Part shown: positions 54,652-64,000 of the stretch, piece by piece
Position numbering within the stretch: the stretch's first letter is position 1
Layout of the letters: each line of letters opens with the position of its first letter
Assembly (NCBI GenBank): GCA_944391435.1
Contig: CALXTP010000020.1
Location: forward strand, 1,683 to 65,682
Source: an uncultured Alphaproteobacteria bacterium
GTDB lineage: Bacteria > Pseudomonadota > Alphaproteobacteria > RF32 > CAG-239
DNA length: 64,000 nt
Direction of reading: 5' to 3'
The notes under the pieces: model-generated
Database searches by the model: none
What the model saw: only the letters and a program-made list of their open reading frames with translations
What the model was told of the DNA's origin: nothing
Translations under genes and position numbers: made by a program

Positions 54652-57600
54652 ATGAATAGCATAAAGACTATTGTCAAATTTGAGCTTATTCGGTATTTTT
54701 TATCTCCGTTGGCTTATGTTTATCTGGTCAGTTTTTTACTGTTAAGCGGCTCTTGCGCCATTTATTTCGGAAATTTTTTTATGGACGGCAACGCCGTTTT
54801 ATGGGGTTTGTTTGATTATCAACCCTGGATATACCTTTTATTTATTCCCGGTATAGCCATGCGCTCTTGGGCTGAAGAATTTCGGTCAAAGAGCATCGTC
54901 CAGATATTAACCGTTCCTGTTTCTATTACATCTCTCGTATGGGGAAAGTTTTTCGCTTCGTGGATTTTTGCTGGCATTGCCATTATCTTGACATTTCCGT
55001 TTTGGATTACGGTTAATATTTTGGGAAATCCGGATAATACCGTTATTTTTATCAGCTACCTGGGATGTTTTATTCTTGCCGGTGCGATGCTGGCTATTTC
55101 GCAAACAATGTCTGCCTTAACTAAAAATTCCGTTATAGCCCTGGTTTTAGCCGTATTCGTCAATTTGCTCTTTTTCTGGAGCGGTTTTGAATATGTTTTG
55201 TTTTGGGCCAGAGAACTTTTTAGCGATGTTATTGTTGATACGATTATATCTTTTAGCTTTTTGACCCATTTTGTTTCTTTGAGCCGGGGGTTGGTAGAAC
55301 TACGTGATTTAATTTTCTTTGGTTCTCTTATCATCTTCTTCAATTTATTAACAATTATTATCATCAGCTTAAAAACCAAAGGATCGCCCGGTATTATATC
55401 TTCTTCAAGCATCAACCACAGCGTAATGGTTATTATTTTGCTTTTTATCGGCTTCTTTGGCCTAAATATTATTGCAAACAACGTGTTGCGACAAGTTAGT
55501 TATGATTTTACAGCTGAAAAATATCTCAGCCTTACAAAAAATACCAAGGACATTTTGCGCAAGCTTGAACGCCCCATTATTGCAAAATTATATTATTCTC
55601 CGATTTTGGGGCAAAGAAATCCTGAAATACGGCAAATTTTTGACCGGGTAAAGCTTATTCTGAAACAATATAAAACTTATGCAAACGGAAAGTTTGACTA
55701 TAAAATATATAATCCCAGATTTTTGGATAAAGATGAAGACCGGGCTCTGGCCGAAGGATTGCAGCCTATTCCTTTAATTGATATTAACCAAAATGCCCTT
55801 TTTGGCATTAGTTTTTCTGACAATTTGACCAATAAAGCCGTTATTCCTTTTTTCTCTCTTGAGCGGCTTCCATATCTGGAACAGGATTTAACCACCAGTA
55901 TCTATAAGATGCACCACAAAAAGAAAAAGTTAGGCATATATAGCTTCTTACCCATAAAAGGCGGTGTTCGAATGGATGACGTTACAATCAACAAATGGGC
56001 TATTTTGGACAGCATAGAAGAACTATATGATGTTACTTTTATTGAAAAACTTGAAGATTTAGATCAAAATTTTGATGTTCTTATGCTTATTCATCCTTAC
56101 GGATTGGAAGATGAAGCTATAGAGAAAATAAAAAAATTTAAAAAAGTTCTTCTTTTGATGGATGTCGCCGACGAAGCTTCGCGTCTTTACTCTCCTTACG
56201 GCGGACAATTTATAACTTCCGATTTAGGCAAGCTTGCCGATTATTGGGGGATACAGTTTTATGATATCGGCGTAGCTGCCGACTTTGATAATTCCATAAC
56301 CGTTGATGAAACTATCAATTACAAGACGAATCCGTCTTTTACTCAAGATTTACTGCAATTCCGTGTTGCTCATGATGATTTTAACCCGAATCACCGCATT
56401 ACATATAAGTTAAACAGTATTTTGTTTGCTTCGGCAACAATGGTTATGCCAAAAGAAAATTCAAACGTACTTTATTTCCCGCTCATAAAAACAAGCAAAA
56501 CCTCGGCTTTGATGAACGTTTTGCTGGCGAAAAAAAGCGCTACCCCAAGAGAAATTCTAGAGCAATTTGCACCAGAAAATAATGTCATTGTACTGGCTGC
56601 GGAATTTTTAAGCAATAATCCTAAAAACCCTTTTGATATTATTGCCGTCGGAGATACTGATTTTATCTATGATGCCTTTTGGACGCATAAAACGCAATTT
56701 TTAGACCAGACATATCAAATCCCCTTGTTTGACAGCGCTAATTTTATAATGAATGCGCTTGATTATCTTACGGAAAACGATGATTTAATCAATTTGCGCA
56801 GCAAGAATGCCCAGCGCCGCCCGATGTATAAAGTTGAAAATATGCGAAAACTTAATCAGTATCGCTATAAGCTTAAAGAAAATGACATTTTTGATGCCAT
56901 TAACGGGGCAAAGCAGGGCTTGATTGAAATTATAGCCAAGAAAAACTATGAAGAGCGCCAAAATTTCAGCTCAGACGAATTAGCCATTATCGGGAATATA
57001 CGCAACCATGTTAATGATTTGCGCCAGCAACTAAGCAATTTGAAGCTCAATGCACAAAATGATGTCAAAGAAATGGAAATTAAAGTTAAATTTTTCAATA
57101 TTTATTCTGTTTCTTTATTAATTGTTTTGACTATTTTGATTTTGACTTTACGAAAAAAAAGATTTTCACTAAAGGCCGTTAAAAATGCTTTTAATTGCGA
57201 CAAACAAATATTTAAATTGGCCTTATGGGTATCTGTTATTTCGGGCTTAGCTGTTTTTAGCGTATACATGGAAAATAAAAATACTATTTCCGAGTATGAA
57301 GGAAAGCTGGTCTTTGAAAACTTCAGCAAAAAAATCAACTCCGTATCGGAAATTACGTTAAAAGGCAGCACGACAACCCTTTCCTTTAAAAAAGAAAATG
57401 GGGTATGGATTTTGAAAGATAACCCCAACCTTCCTGTTTATCAAGAACGAATCCGGAGTTTTTTGGTTACGCTTAATAATATGACGTATTATGAGAAAAA
57501 ATCCGATAAGCTTGCTGATATGAAATATTTTGGCTTTTCACCGTTGGCAAATAAAAAATCGCCGACAATTGAGGTTTCTTTATCCGATGACAAAGGCAAC

Positions 57601-58107
57601 ATTATAGAAAGTTTTGATATCGGCTGGTATGATCTTGATTTGGGCAGAGGTTCAAAAGCCGCGTTTATCCACCTGAAAAACCAATTTCAGATATGGATGG
57701 TGGAAGCTGATTTTTATGATTTGTCCCTGGATTATAAAAACTGGACATACAGCAGTTTGTGGAATTTACGCTATGGACGCCTTATCAGTTATAACGATGT
57801 ACGTATAAACAATAAGGTTATGAATTTGGTTAAAATCCTACTAAATACCTTCTACATTTCCCTTGCTGAAGATGTACAGGGATTAAAGGTCTTGACTGAA
57901 TTAAAAATTGATGCAGAATACGGCAATTCCGTAACGCTCGTATTTTACAAAAATCAAGATGGTAAATATTTTGTAAAGTATAACTTCCTGGCTGTTCCCA
58001 GCGGAAAACATTTGGAATTTTTTGAAAAATACGTACGCAATAAATATTTGGAAATTTCTAAAGAATCTTGGGAGAAAATAAAAGATGGAATCGATGGAAA
58101 ATCATAA
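54652..58107 (+). CDS. Fusion protein: ABC-2 permease (GldF-like) + GldG-like auxiliary domain + DUF4340-like domain, 1151 aa
   Basis: Start taken at ATG 54652 (GAGGAG RBS; track 54637). aa ~1-250 form a six-TM ABC-2 permease. aa ~290-760 are GldG-like (YDFTAEKYLSLTKNTKDILRKLERPIIAKLYYSP). TM helices occur near aa 815-880. The C-terminal ~280 aa are DUF4340-like (TLSFKKENGVWILKDNPNLPVYQERIRSFL). Confidence 0.8.
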   Translation: MNSIKTIVKFELIRYFLSPLAYVYLVSFLLLSGSCAIYFGNFFMDGNAVLWGLFDYQPWIYLLFIPGIAMRSWAEEFRSKSIVQILTVPVSITSLVWGKFFASWIFAGIAIILTFPFWITVNILGNPDNTVIFISYLGCFILAGAMLAISQTMSALTKNSVIALVLAVFVNLLFFWSGFEYVLFWARELFSDVIVDTIISFSFLTHFVSLSRGLVELRDLIFFGSLIIFFNLLTIIIISLKTKGSPGIISSSSINHSVMVIILLFIGFFGLNIIANNVLRQVSYDFTAEKYLSLTKNTKDILRKLERPIIAKLYYSPILGQRNPEIRQIFDRVKLILKQYKTYANGKFDYKIYNPRFLDKDEDRALAEGLQPIPLIDINQNALFGISFSDNLTNKAVIPFFSLERLPYLEQDLTTSIYKMHHKKKKLGIYSFLPIKGGVRMDDVTINKWAILDSIEELYDVTFIEKLEDLDQNFDVLMLIHPYGLEDEAIEKIKKFKKVLLLMDVADEASRLYSPYGGQFITSDLGKLADYWGIQFYDIGVAADFDNSITVDETINYKTNPSFTQDLLQFRVAHDDFNPNHRITYKLNSILFASATMVMPKENSNVLYFPLIKTSKTSALMNVLLAKKSATPREILEQFAPENNVIVLAAEFLSNNPKNPFDIIAVGDTDFIYDAFWTHKTQFLDQTYQIPLFDSANFIMNALDYLTENDDLINLRSKNAQRRPMYKVENMRKLNQYRYKLKENDIFDAINGAKQGLIEIIAKKNYEERQNFSSDELAIIGNIRNHVNDLRQQLSNLKLNAQNDVKEMEIKVKFFNIYSVSLLIVLTILILTLRKKRFSLKAVKNAFNCDKQIFKLALWVSVISGLAVFSVYMENKNTISEYEGKLVFENFSKKINSVSEITLKGSTTTLSFKKENGVWILKDNPNLPVYQERIRSFLVTLNNMTYYEKKSDKLADMKYFGFSPLANKKSPTIEVSLSDDKGNIIESFDIGWYDLDLGRGSKAAFIHLKNQFQIWMVEADFYDLSLDYKNWTYSSLWNLRYGRLISYNDVRINNKVMNLVKILLNTFYISLAEDVQGLKVLTELKIDAEYGNSVTLVFYKNQDGKYFVKYNFLAVPSGKHLEFFEKYVRNKYLEISKESWEKIKDGIDGKS

Positions 58108-59008
58108 TTATTTAAAAAAATCTGCCGCAGCAGCGGGCGTCTTGCTTGCTGTTTTACTTATTGTTTTAAAACTCTTTGCATTCATAAAAACAGATTCTCT
58201 GGCGATTTTTTCATCTTTGGCCGATAGCGTTACAGACCTTTTTGCGTCCATGATTTCGTTTATTGCCGTTTATTTTTCTACCAAACCGGCCTCTCGCGAC
58301 CATCGTTACGGTTATGGCAAGACCGAGGCTTTAAGTGCTTTTTTGCAAGCTGTTTTTGTTGGCGCGTCCGGACTTTTTGTTATTGTTGACGGAATAAAAC
58401 GTTTGATTTATCCGGTTCAGATTGAACAAACAGGTATGGGTATTGCCGTTATGCTTTTTAGCATTTTTGCAACTTTTCTTTTGGTTGTTTACCAAACTTA
58501 TGTTGCGCATAAAACAAACTCTTTGGCCATTAAAGCGGACAGAGCGCATTATACCGTTGATTTTCTGACCAATTCAGCTGTTATTGTATCTCTTGTGTTG
58601 GTGTATTTCTTCGGTTTTTTTTATTTTGATGTTATTGCAGCATTGTTCATATCTGCTTATTTGCTTTATAATGCTTATACATTAGCGGCAGAATCCATTG
58701 AACAAATTACAGATAAAGAATTGCCCTCAGATATCAGAAAGAAAGTTATAGAAATCGTCCAGCAGTGTAATGATGTTAAAGGTATGCACGATCTCAGAAC
58801 GCGTAATTTGGGCGGTATTTATTATTTTGAACTGCATTTAGAAATGGATGGATCTATTTCCCTGTCAAAAGCCCATCAAATAACGGAAGAAGTTGAAAAA
58901 AATATTTTAGAGATTTACCCCGACAGTCAAATTTTAATCCATCAAGATCCTTATGGCATTCATGAAAACAGATTGGATCATCAAATTGAGGGTATGTGCA
59001 AACTCTAA
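58085..59008 (+). CDS. Cation diffusion facilitator family transporter
   Basis: Six TM helices. CDF motifs SLADSVTDLFAS and HYTVDFLTN. C-terminal cytoplasmic domain (GMHDLRTRNLGGIYYFELHLEMD). The start could be 58094. Confidence 0.9.
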   Translation: MESMENHNYLKKSAAAAGVLLAVLLIVLKLFAFIKTDSLAIFSSLADSVTDLFASMISFIAVYFSTKPASRDHRYGYGKTEALSAFLQAVFVGASGLFVIVDGIKRLIYPVQIEQTGMGIAVMLFSIFATFLLVVYQTYVAHKTNSLAIKADRAHYTVDFLTNSAVIVSLVLVYFFGFFYFDVIAALFISAYLLYNAYTLAAESIEQITDKELPSDIRKKVIEIVQQCNDVKGMHDLRTRNLGGIYYFELHLEMDGSISLSKAHQITEEVEKNILEIYPDSQILIHQDPYGIHENRLDHQIEGMCKL

Positions 59009-60078
59009 ATTTTCCGGTTGTCGTTTTTTGATTTTAGTTGTCCGCAGGCGGCTAAAATATCTTGTCCTCTGGCAACTCTTATCGGCGCAGCAAAACCGGC
59101 TTTTTCTAATATTTCCGAGAAAGCTTCTACCGTTTTTCTGTCACTCGGCTTGAATGAACATCCGGGCCAAGGGTTAAACGGTATCAAATTAAACAAGGCT
59201 CTTATTTTATATTTTTTTAATAACGAAACCAATTCTTTGGCATTTTCAATGCTGTCGTTTATCCCTTTTAGTAAAAGATACTCAAAAGTTATGTACCTGC
59301 TATGGTCTCCCTTTTGGTATTCAGCACAGGCTTTCATTATTTCCTCAATATGAAATTTATCATTTATGGGCATAATTTTTGAACGGATTGCATCGTTTGG
59401 CGCGTGCAAGGATACCGCTAAGCGAACACCTGTTTTTTGCATTGCTTCTACAATACGCGGAGCTATGCCGGAAGTGGACATCGTTATCCGCCGCCGCGAT
59501 ATCCCTATGCCTTCACAGTCAGTTAAAATATTCAGAGCTTTTATGACATTTTCAAGGTTATTCAGAGGCTCTCCCATCCCCATCACAACAATATTTGATA
59601 AATATCTGGTTTCATCTGTCGGGCTTGGCCATTCATGATAGGCATCACGGGCAACCATAAACTGCCCGACAATTTCACCAACTTTCAGGTTACGGGTAAA
59701 ATTTTGGCTTCCCGTATGGCAAAACTTGCACCCCATGGCGCAACCAACCTGTGTGGAAATACATACGGCTCCCCTATCCTTCTCCGGGATATAAACCATT
59801 TCAACACGTTCTTTATCATTAAATTCCAACAGCCATTTATGGGTTTTATCTACGGATATTTGTTCGGTAATGATTTTTGGCCGGGTTATGGTATAATGCT
59901 CGTCAAGCTTTTGCCGCAAAGTAAGAGGCAAATTGCTCATATTGTTGAAATCTTTTTCACCACGAAAATATATCCACTGCCAAAGTTGTTTTGCACGGAA
60001 CTTTTTTTCACCGATATTTATCAATTCGGTTTCTAATTCTTCTTTGGTTAAATCTGTTAATTCTTTTTTTTCGCTCAT
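59005..60078 (-). CDS. rlmN: 23S rRNA/tRNA m2A methyltransferase RlmN (radical SAM)
   Basis: FRAKQLWQWIY N-terminus, radical-SAM cluster VGCAMGCKFCHTG, GMGEPLNN. Confidence 0.95.
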   Translation of the reverse strand: MSEKKELTDLTKEELETELINIGEKKFRAKQLWQWIYFRGEKDFNNMSNLPLTLRQKLDEHYTITRPKIITEQISVDKTHKWLLEFNDKERVEMVYIPEKDRGAVCISTQVGCAMGCKFCHTGSQNFTRNLKVGEIVGQFMVARDAYHEWPSPTDETRYLSNIVVMGMGEPLNNLENVIKALNILTDCEGIGISRRRITMSTSGIAPRIVEAMQKTGVRLAVSLHAPNDAIRSKIMPINDKFHIEEIMKACAEYQKGDHSRYITFEYLLLKGINDSIENAKELVSLLKKYKIRALFNLIPFNPWPGCSFKPSDRKTVEAFSEILEKAGFAAPIRVARGQDILAACGQLKSKNDNRKI

Positions 60079-60091
60079 TTGTTTCTTTCAA

Positions 60092-60595
60092 TTATTTGCA
60101 TTTTGCACTAATGGCCCGATATGCACCCGTAAACCCTGCAAGAGAGTATGTATCTTTCGTTTTTGTACCGCGAGATGACGTTCCCTCTACAATCATTCTT
60201 TGCCCTCTTTTCATCTCATCAACAAGCTTTTTATCGGTTGATGCATCCGGAGCCCAGGCATTATCCCCATTTGTAAACAGGTTATGAAAAGTTGTTGTTC
60301 CGATTTTAACGACAACCTCAGAACCTTTTTTATAGTCATATCCTGCGACAAAATTAACAACATTATATGTTTTATCAGCCGGCCTATGTGTTACAACGGC
60401 ATAAATATCTCCGCGTTTTTTATAATTACCTTCATCTTTTTTAGGAGTTGAAGCCATATAACATACCAAATTTTTTCCTTCTTTGTAGGAATATGCCGTC
60501 CAATCACCGTATGTCCCCAATTCAGTAGGAAGGCTGGCTGCTTGAGCCTGTGACGCAATCAAAGCCGTTAAGCATAAAATTAAATACTTTTTCAT
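60092..60595 (-). CDS. ialB: Invasion-associated locus B (IalB) family periplasmic protein
   Basis: Signal peptide ending SQAQA-AS. GDWTAYSYKEGKNLVCYM and terminal AISAKCK match the IalB pattern, including the conserved Cys pair. Confidence 0.75.
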   Translation of the reverse strand: MKKYLILCLTALIASQAQAASLPTELGTYGDWTAYSYKEGKNLVCYMASTPKKDEGNYKKRGDIYAVVTHRPADKTYNVVNFVAGYDYKKGSEVVVKIGTTTFHNLFTNGDNAWAPDASTDKKLVDEMKRGQRMIVEGTSSRGTKTKDTYSLAGFTGAYRAISAKCK

Positions 60596-60695
60596 GAGAA
60601 TATTTCCTAAAAAAAATTACCTTTTGTTATACTATAATTAACATATTTATAATAAACAATTAACAATTTTCATAAACCCTTAAAAAGGATATTCA

Positions 60696-61889
60696 ATGTT
60701 TCATCCAGAATATATTGACCCTAAAAAACTTATTACCAATGATGATATTTATTGCTTATTTAAGCTGGTTGAAAAACATGGGGGCATTTTACGATTTGTC
60801 GGGGGCGCCGTACGCGATGCCATTACAGGCTATCCCAGGCAAGATATAGACCTTGTTACCGATATGTCTCCTGCCGAATTTTCCGATATGTGTGCTGACG
60901 AAGGTATAAGATGTGTGCCTATCGGTATCCAATTTTTTACAACAGGCGTTATTATCAATAACAGCTTTTTTAAAATCACTTCTCTTTCTTCAGAAGAAGA
61001 TAACGGGCACGACGAATGGGAACTTGATGCCTCTAAACGTGATTTAACCATAAATGCGGTTTATGCTGATGAAAAAGGAAATGTTTTTGATTACTATAAC
61101 GGCATAAATGATTTGGAAAAAGGAATTATAAAATTTATAGGTAATCCGCAAAAGACAATTGAAAACGACTACATCCGCATTATGCGCTTTTTCAGATTTT
61201 GTGCAATGTTCGGCAGAAATATTGATAAAAAATCCTTAAAGGCATGCATAGAGAATAAAGAGCTATTGAAAAAAACTTCTGCTGAAAAAATAAAAGAAGA
61301 ATTGTTTAAAATTTTAATGGCACCTTATGCCGTTGATGCTTTAAAACTTATTTTTGACAATGCCATTCTTGATTTTTTAGTTGCACCGCCTAAAAGTTTG
61401 GACAATCTTTCCAAGCTTGAAAATCTTGTAAAAAAATTACACCTACAAAAAAGCATTATTCGCAGAATTTATGTTTTGTTTTCCCCTGATGTTAAACGAG
61501 CATCCCGACTCGCCGATATTTTTAAGCTTGATAAAAAACAAAAATCATATCTGCAAGAATTGGCTCAGGCTCGCTTATCTTTAAAAAACTTTAAAGACAG
61601 TGTTTCTATCAACCAGTCCTTATTCAAATACGGCAAAGATATTTGTTGTGACAAATGGTTGACCCTTAATTTGGATACTCCGGACATTGAAAAAATCAAA
61701 TCCGTTTTAAATACACTGTCATCATCAGAAGTCCCCTGTTTTCCTTTAACAGGAAAAAAGCTTATCTCGGCCGGTGCCGAAAGTAAAATGATCGGCTTTT
61801 ATATGGATGTATTAAAAAAGTATTGGTTTGAACATGGGTGTATTATGTCCGAAGCAGAACTTGTCTGTAAATTTAAAGATTTCTTTTAA
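60696..61889 (+). CDS. cca: CCA-adding enzyme / poly(A) polymerase-family tRNA nucleotidyltransferase
   Basis: FVGGAVRDAITGYPRQDIDLVT, RDLTINAVY and ENDYIRIMRFFRF. Confidence 0.8.
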   Translation: MFHPEYIDPKKLITNDDIYCLFKLVEKHGGILRFVGGAVRDAITGYPRQDIDLVTDMSPAEFSDMCADEGIRCVPIGIQFFTTGVIINNSFFKITSLSSEEDNGHDEWELDASKRDLTINAVYADEKGNVFDYYNGINDLEKGIIKFIGNPQKTIENDYIRIMRFFRFCAMFGRNIDKKSLKACIENKELLKKTSAEKIKEELFKILMAPYAVDALKLIFDNAILDFLVAPPKSLDNLSKLENLVKKLHLQKSIIRRIYVLFSPDVKRASRLADIFKLDKKQKSYLQELAQARLSLKNFKDSVSINQSLFKYGKDICCDKWLTLNLDTPDIEKIKSVLNTLSSSEVPCFPLTGKKLISAGAESKMIGFYMDVLKKYWFEHGCIMSEAELVCKFKDFF

Positions 61890-62190
61890 ATACATTGTAT
61901 TTTTATCTTTGAATAAAAAACACTCTAAAATCATATAGTTAGTTTTTTTTGCTTTTTAGGGGGCTATTTTACTTTTTTTGATAAAAGTATCATAAAATAA
62001 AAAAAATCGTTTCAGCCTAAAAAAAATCTACTTAACGTCATTTTTTAGCTTTAAGCCTTTTCTATAAGAGCAATAGCCCTTTATCAGATGTATATAATAT
62101 ACCTGATCTTCCATTGGTGATGACGCAGCATTAATTTTGCAGATAATTTAAATTATAAAAACAACCGATAGGAAAAAAAATTAGTTTTCA

Positions 62191-63096
62191 TTAAGCATTC
62201 CCCTCATCTGCTTTTTGTTTTTCAAGCAATTCCAATATCAAATTTAATTCGGCAGGGTTTTTATATTCTATTGTAACTTTACCTTTATTATTTTCACCGG
62301 CGTTAATCTTAACTTTCATCCCTATGCACTTGGATAGACCTTTTTCCAGTTCTTTAATATTAGGATCTTTTTTTAAACTTTTCTTTATTTGATTTATCGG
62401 TTGATTTTTAATACTATTAACGAAATCTTCGGTTTGCCTTACATTTAATCCCTTTTCTATAATTTTATTAGCAATTTCCACGGCATTTTCTAAGCCGACC
62501 AAGGCTCTGGCATGTCCGGCACTTAATTTATTATTTCTAACCATTTCTTTAACAGTTTCTGGAAGACTTAGCAGTCTTAAAGTATTTGTAATATAACTTC
62601 TTGATTTACCTACTATTTGAGATATAGCTTCATGCGTATGGGAAAATTCTGTTATCAATCGGTTAAAGCCTTCTGCTTCTTCTATGGCTGATAAATTTTC
62701 ACGCAACAGATTTTCAACCAGTGCAACTTCCAAAACTTCTTGATTATCCAATTCTTTTTCAATAACAGGAACATCCGTTACTCCGGCAAGTTTAGCGGCA
62801 CGCCAGCGACGCTCTCCGGCGATTATTTCATACTTATTGCTTCCAACATGACGCACTAATAGCGGTTGAAGCACCCCCTTTTCTTTTATTGACGTCACTA
62901 AAGCATCTAAAGCTTCCGGGTTAAAATCTTTTCTTGGCTGATAGGGGCTTGGTTCCAAATCATTAACGTTAGCCGTTTTTATTCCGCTATTAGTATTTTC
63001 GCCTGTATTTATGGTATCCAAATTAAAGGCCAAATCATCATCGCCCAGCAATGCTTCCAAACCTCTACCTAATCCGTGTTTTTTATTTGCAGACAT
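62191..63096 (-). CDS. parB: Chromosome partitioning protein ParB
   Basis: ParB box GERRWRAAKLAG, HTH IVGKSRSYITNTLRLL, arginine-rich LQPLLVR. Confidence 0.95.
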   Translation of the reverse strand: MSANKKHGLGRGLEALLGDDDLAFNLDTINTGENTNSGIKTANVNDLEPSPYQPRKDFNPEALDALVTSIKEKGVLQPLLVRHVGSNKYEIIAGERRWRAAKLAGVTDVPVIEKELDNQEVLEVALVENLLRENLSAIEEAEGFNRLITEFSHTHEAISQIVGKSRSYITNTLRLLSLPETVKEMVRNNKLSAGHARALVGLENAVEIANKIIEKGLNVRQTEDFVNSIKNQPINQIKKSLKKDPNIKELEKGLSKCIGMKVKINAGENNKGKVTIEYKNPAELNLILELLEKQKADEGNA

Positions 63097-63097
63097 T

Positions 63098-63868
63098 TTA
63101 TAACTCCTTTTCCCTTTTTAAAACCTCTTTAGCAAGATTCAAATAAGCTTTAGCTCCATTACTCTTAAAATCATAAATCAACACCGGTTGGCCATGCGAA
63201 GGGGCTTCTGAAATTCTTACACTTCTTGGAATAACCGTTTTATAAACTTTTTGGCCAAAATATTTACGGACATCCGTTTCCACCATCTGACTTAAATTGT
63301 TTCGTTTATCAAACATTGTTAAAACAATTCCCTGCAAGTCTAATTTTGAATTAAAATTCTTTTTTATGATGTTTATATTTTTTATTAAATCTGTTAATCC
63401 CTCCAATGCTAAAAATTCACTTTGCAACGGTACAATCACCGAATCTGATGACACAAGCGCATTTATCGTAATCAAATTTAATGATGGGGGGCAGTCAATG
63501 AGGATATAATCATATTTTCCATTTAACGATGATAATGCATTTTTTAGCACATATTCACGATGATTAACATCAATAAGCTCAATTTCCGCTGCCGCCAACG
63601 CAGGTGCTGACGGTAATATATCAAATTTTTTAATATCTGTTTTGACAATGGCTTCTTCTGCTTTACAATTATTTATCATCATGTCATATGTGGAAAAGAG
63701 ACACTTATTTTTATTTATTCCCAATGATGTTGTTGCATTTCCTTGAGGATCCATATCCAAAATCAGAACACGTTTACCTATGGCAGCCATTGCAGTAGCT
63801 ATATTGACGGCTGTTGTTGTTTTTCCGACTCCACCTTTTCGGTTTGCTACGGATATAATTTTAACCAT
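63098..63868 (-). CDS. parA: Chromosome partitioning ATPase ParA
   Basis: Deviant Walker A NRKGGVGKTTTAVNIA, plus DMDPQGNAT and LIDCPPSL. Confidence 0.95.
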   Translation of the reverse strand: MVKIISVANRKGGVGKTTTAVNIATAMAAIGKRVLILDMDPQGNATTSLGINKNKCLFSTYDMMINNCKAEEAIVKTDIKKFDILPSAPALAAAEIELIDVNHREYVLKNALSSLNGKYDYILIDCPPSLNLITINALVSSDSVIVPLQSEFLALEGLTDLIKNINIIKKNFNSKLDLQGIVLTMFDKRNNLSQMVETDVRKYFGQKVYKTVIPRSVRISEAPSHGQPVLIYDFKSNGAKAYLNLAKEVLKREKEL

Positions 63869-64000
63869 TTTTCTTTTCTCCCAATTCGCTTATAGACAAT
63901 ATACGTCCCTCGAGACTTGTTTCGCTAGGAAATGCCTCATATTTAAAATACCACTTTTTTTGAGCAAATTCTATTTCATCTTTCCATTTTTCACCTTTAG
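63861..64000 (-). CDS. rsmG: 16S rRNA m7G527 methyltransferase RsmG (GidB), C-terminal 45 codons; gene continues beyond the right edge
   Basis: Not in the ORF track (open at 64000). My translation reads KGEKWKDEIEFAQKKWYFKYEAFPSETSLEGRILSISELGEKKNG, then a stop. This matches the C-terminal pattern of RsmG and the classic rsmG-parA-parB order. The stop overlaps the parA start (ATGGTTAA). Confidence 0.7.
   Translation of the reverse strand, partial: KGEKWKDEIEFAQKKWYFKYEAFPSETSLEGRILSISELGEKKNG

Noticed and set aside
60636-60665. Direct repeat AATTAACA ... AATTAACA (22-nt period) upstream of cca, considered as a CtrA-type TTAA-N7-TTAA site or other operator
   Set aside because: It does not fit the TTAA-N7-TTAAC spacing, and an 8-mer repeat in AT-rich intergenic DNA is not significant.
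63918-63933. parS-like sequence TGTTTCGCTAGGAAAT inside rsmG
   Set aside because: Only about 10 of 16 positions match the TGTTTCACGTGAAACA consensus, and it is not palindromic. I did not spot a convincing parS anywhere in the window by eye.
61890-64000. Replication origin near rsmG-parA-parB
   Set aside because: No TTATCCACA-type DnaA boxes or clustered GATC/CtrA sites were seen in the flanking non-coding DNA. In alphaproteobacteria oriC is usually near hemE rather than at parAB.

Overview
Gene-dense 64-kb stretch (about 61 protein genes and one RNA gene) of an AT-rich alphaproteobacterial chromosome, probably from a host-associated Rickettsiales- or Holosporales-like lineage. The taxon call is inference from rluD-rpoH adjacency, gpmI-M23 peptidase-ctpA-rppH synteny, a kinase-domain-only HprK, an IalB-family protein and rsmG-parA-parB at the right edge. 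Most of the window is ordinary housekeeping with a strong cell-envelope theme: RND efflux triplet, recN-bamD-lpxC, glmM, tolQRA, EnvC-like peptidase and CtpA, a Bat/VWA operon, mlaEF, anmK, a GldA/F/G-like ABC system, several OMPs. RNase P RNA (rnpB) lies on the minus strand at about 24255-24644. I saw no tRNA, rRNA, CRISPR array, transposase or integrase. The least ordinary parts follow. (1) Left edge: an unlisted partial VirD4/TraG coupling-protein gene (438..1, minus) is preceded by five compact orphan genes. Two of these share a cryptic N-terminal membrane module and one carries five L-x-N-F-I-T motifs. (2) 16.8-18.8 kb: a MinD/FlhG-like protein with a destroyed Walker A is translationally coupled to a membrane J-domain/SH3 protein. 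(3) 30-31.8 kb: two paralogous secreted Cys-motif proteins and a small membrane protein sit in front of a tolQRA cluster that lacks tolB-pal. (4) 53.9-58.1 kb: a 1151-aa fusion of ABC-2 permease, GldG-like and DUF4340-like modules. (5) rnpB abuts the lpxC ribosome-binding site with no room for a promoter. All family calls come from motifs read by eye; no database search was possible.
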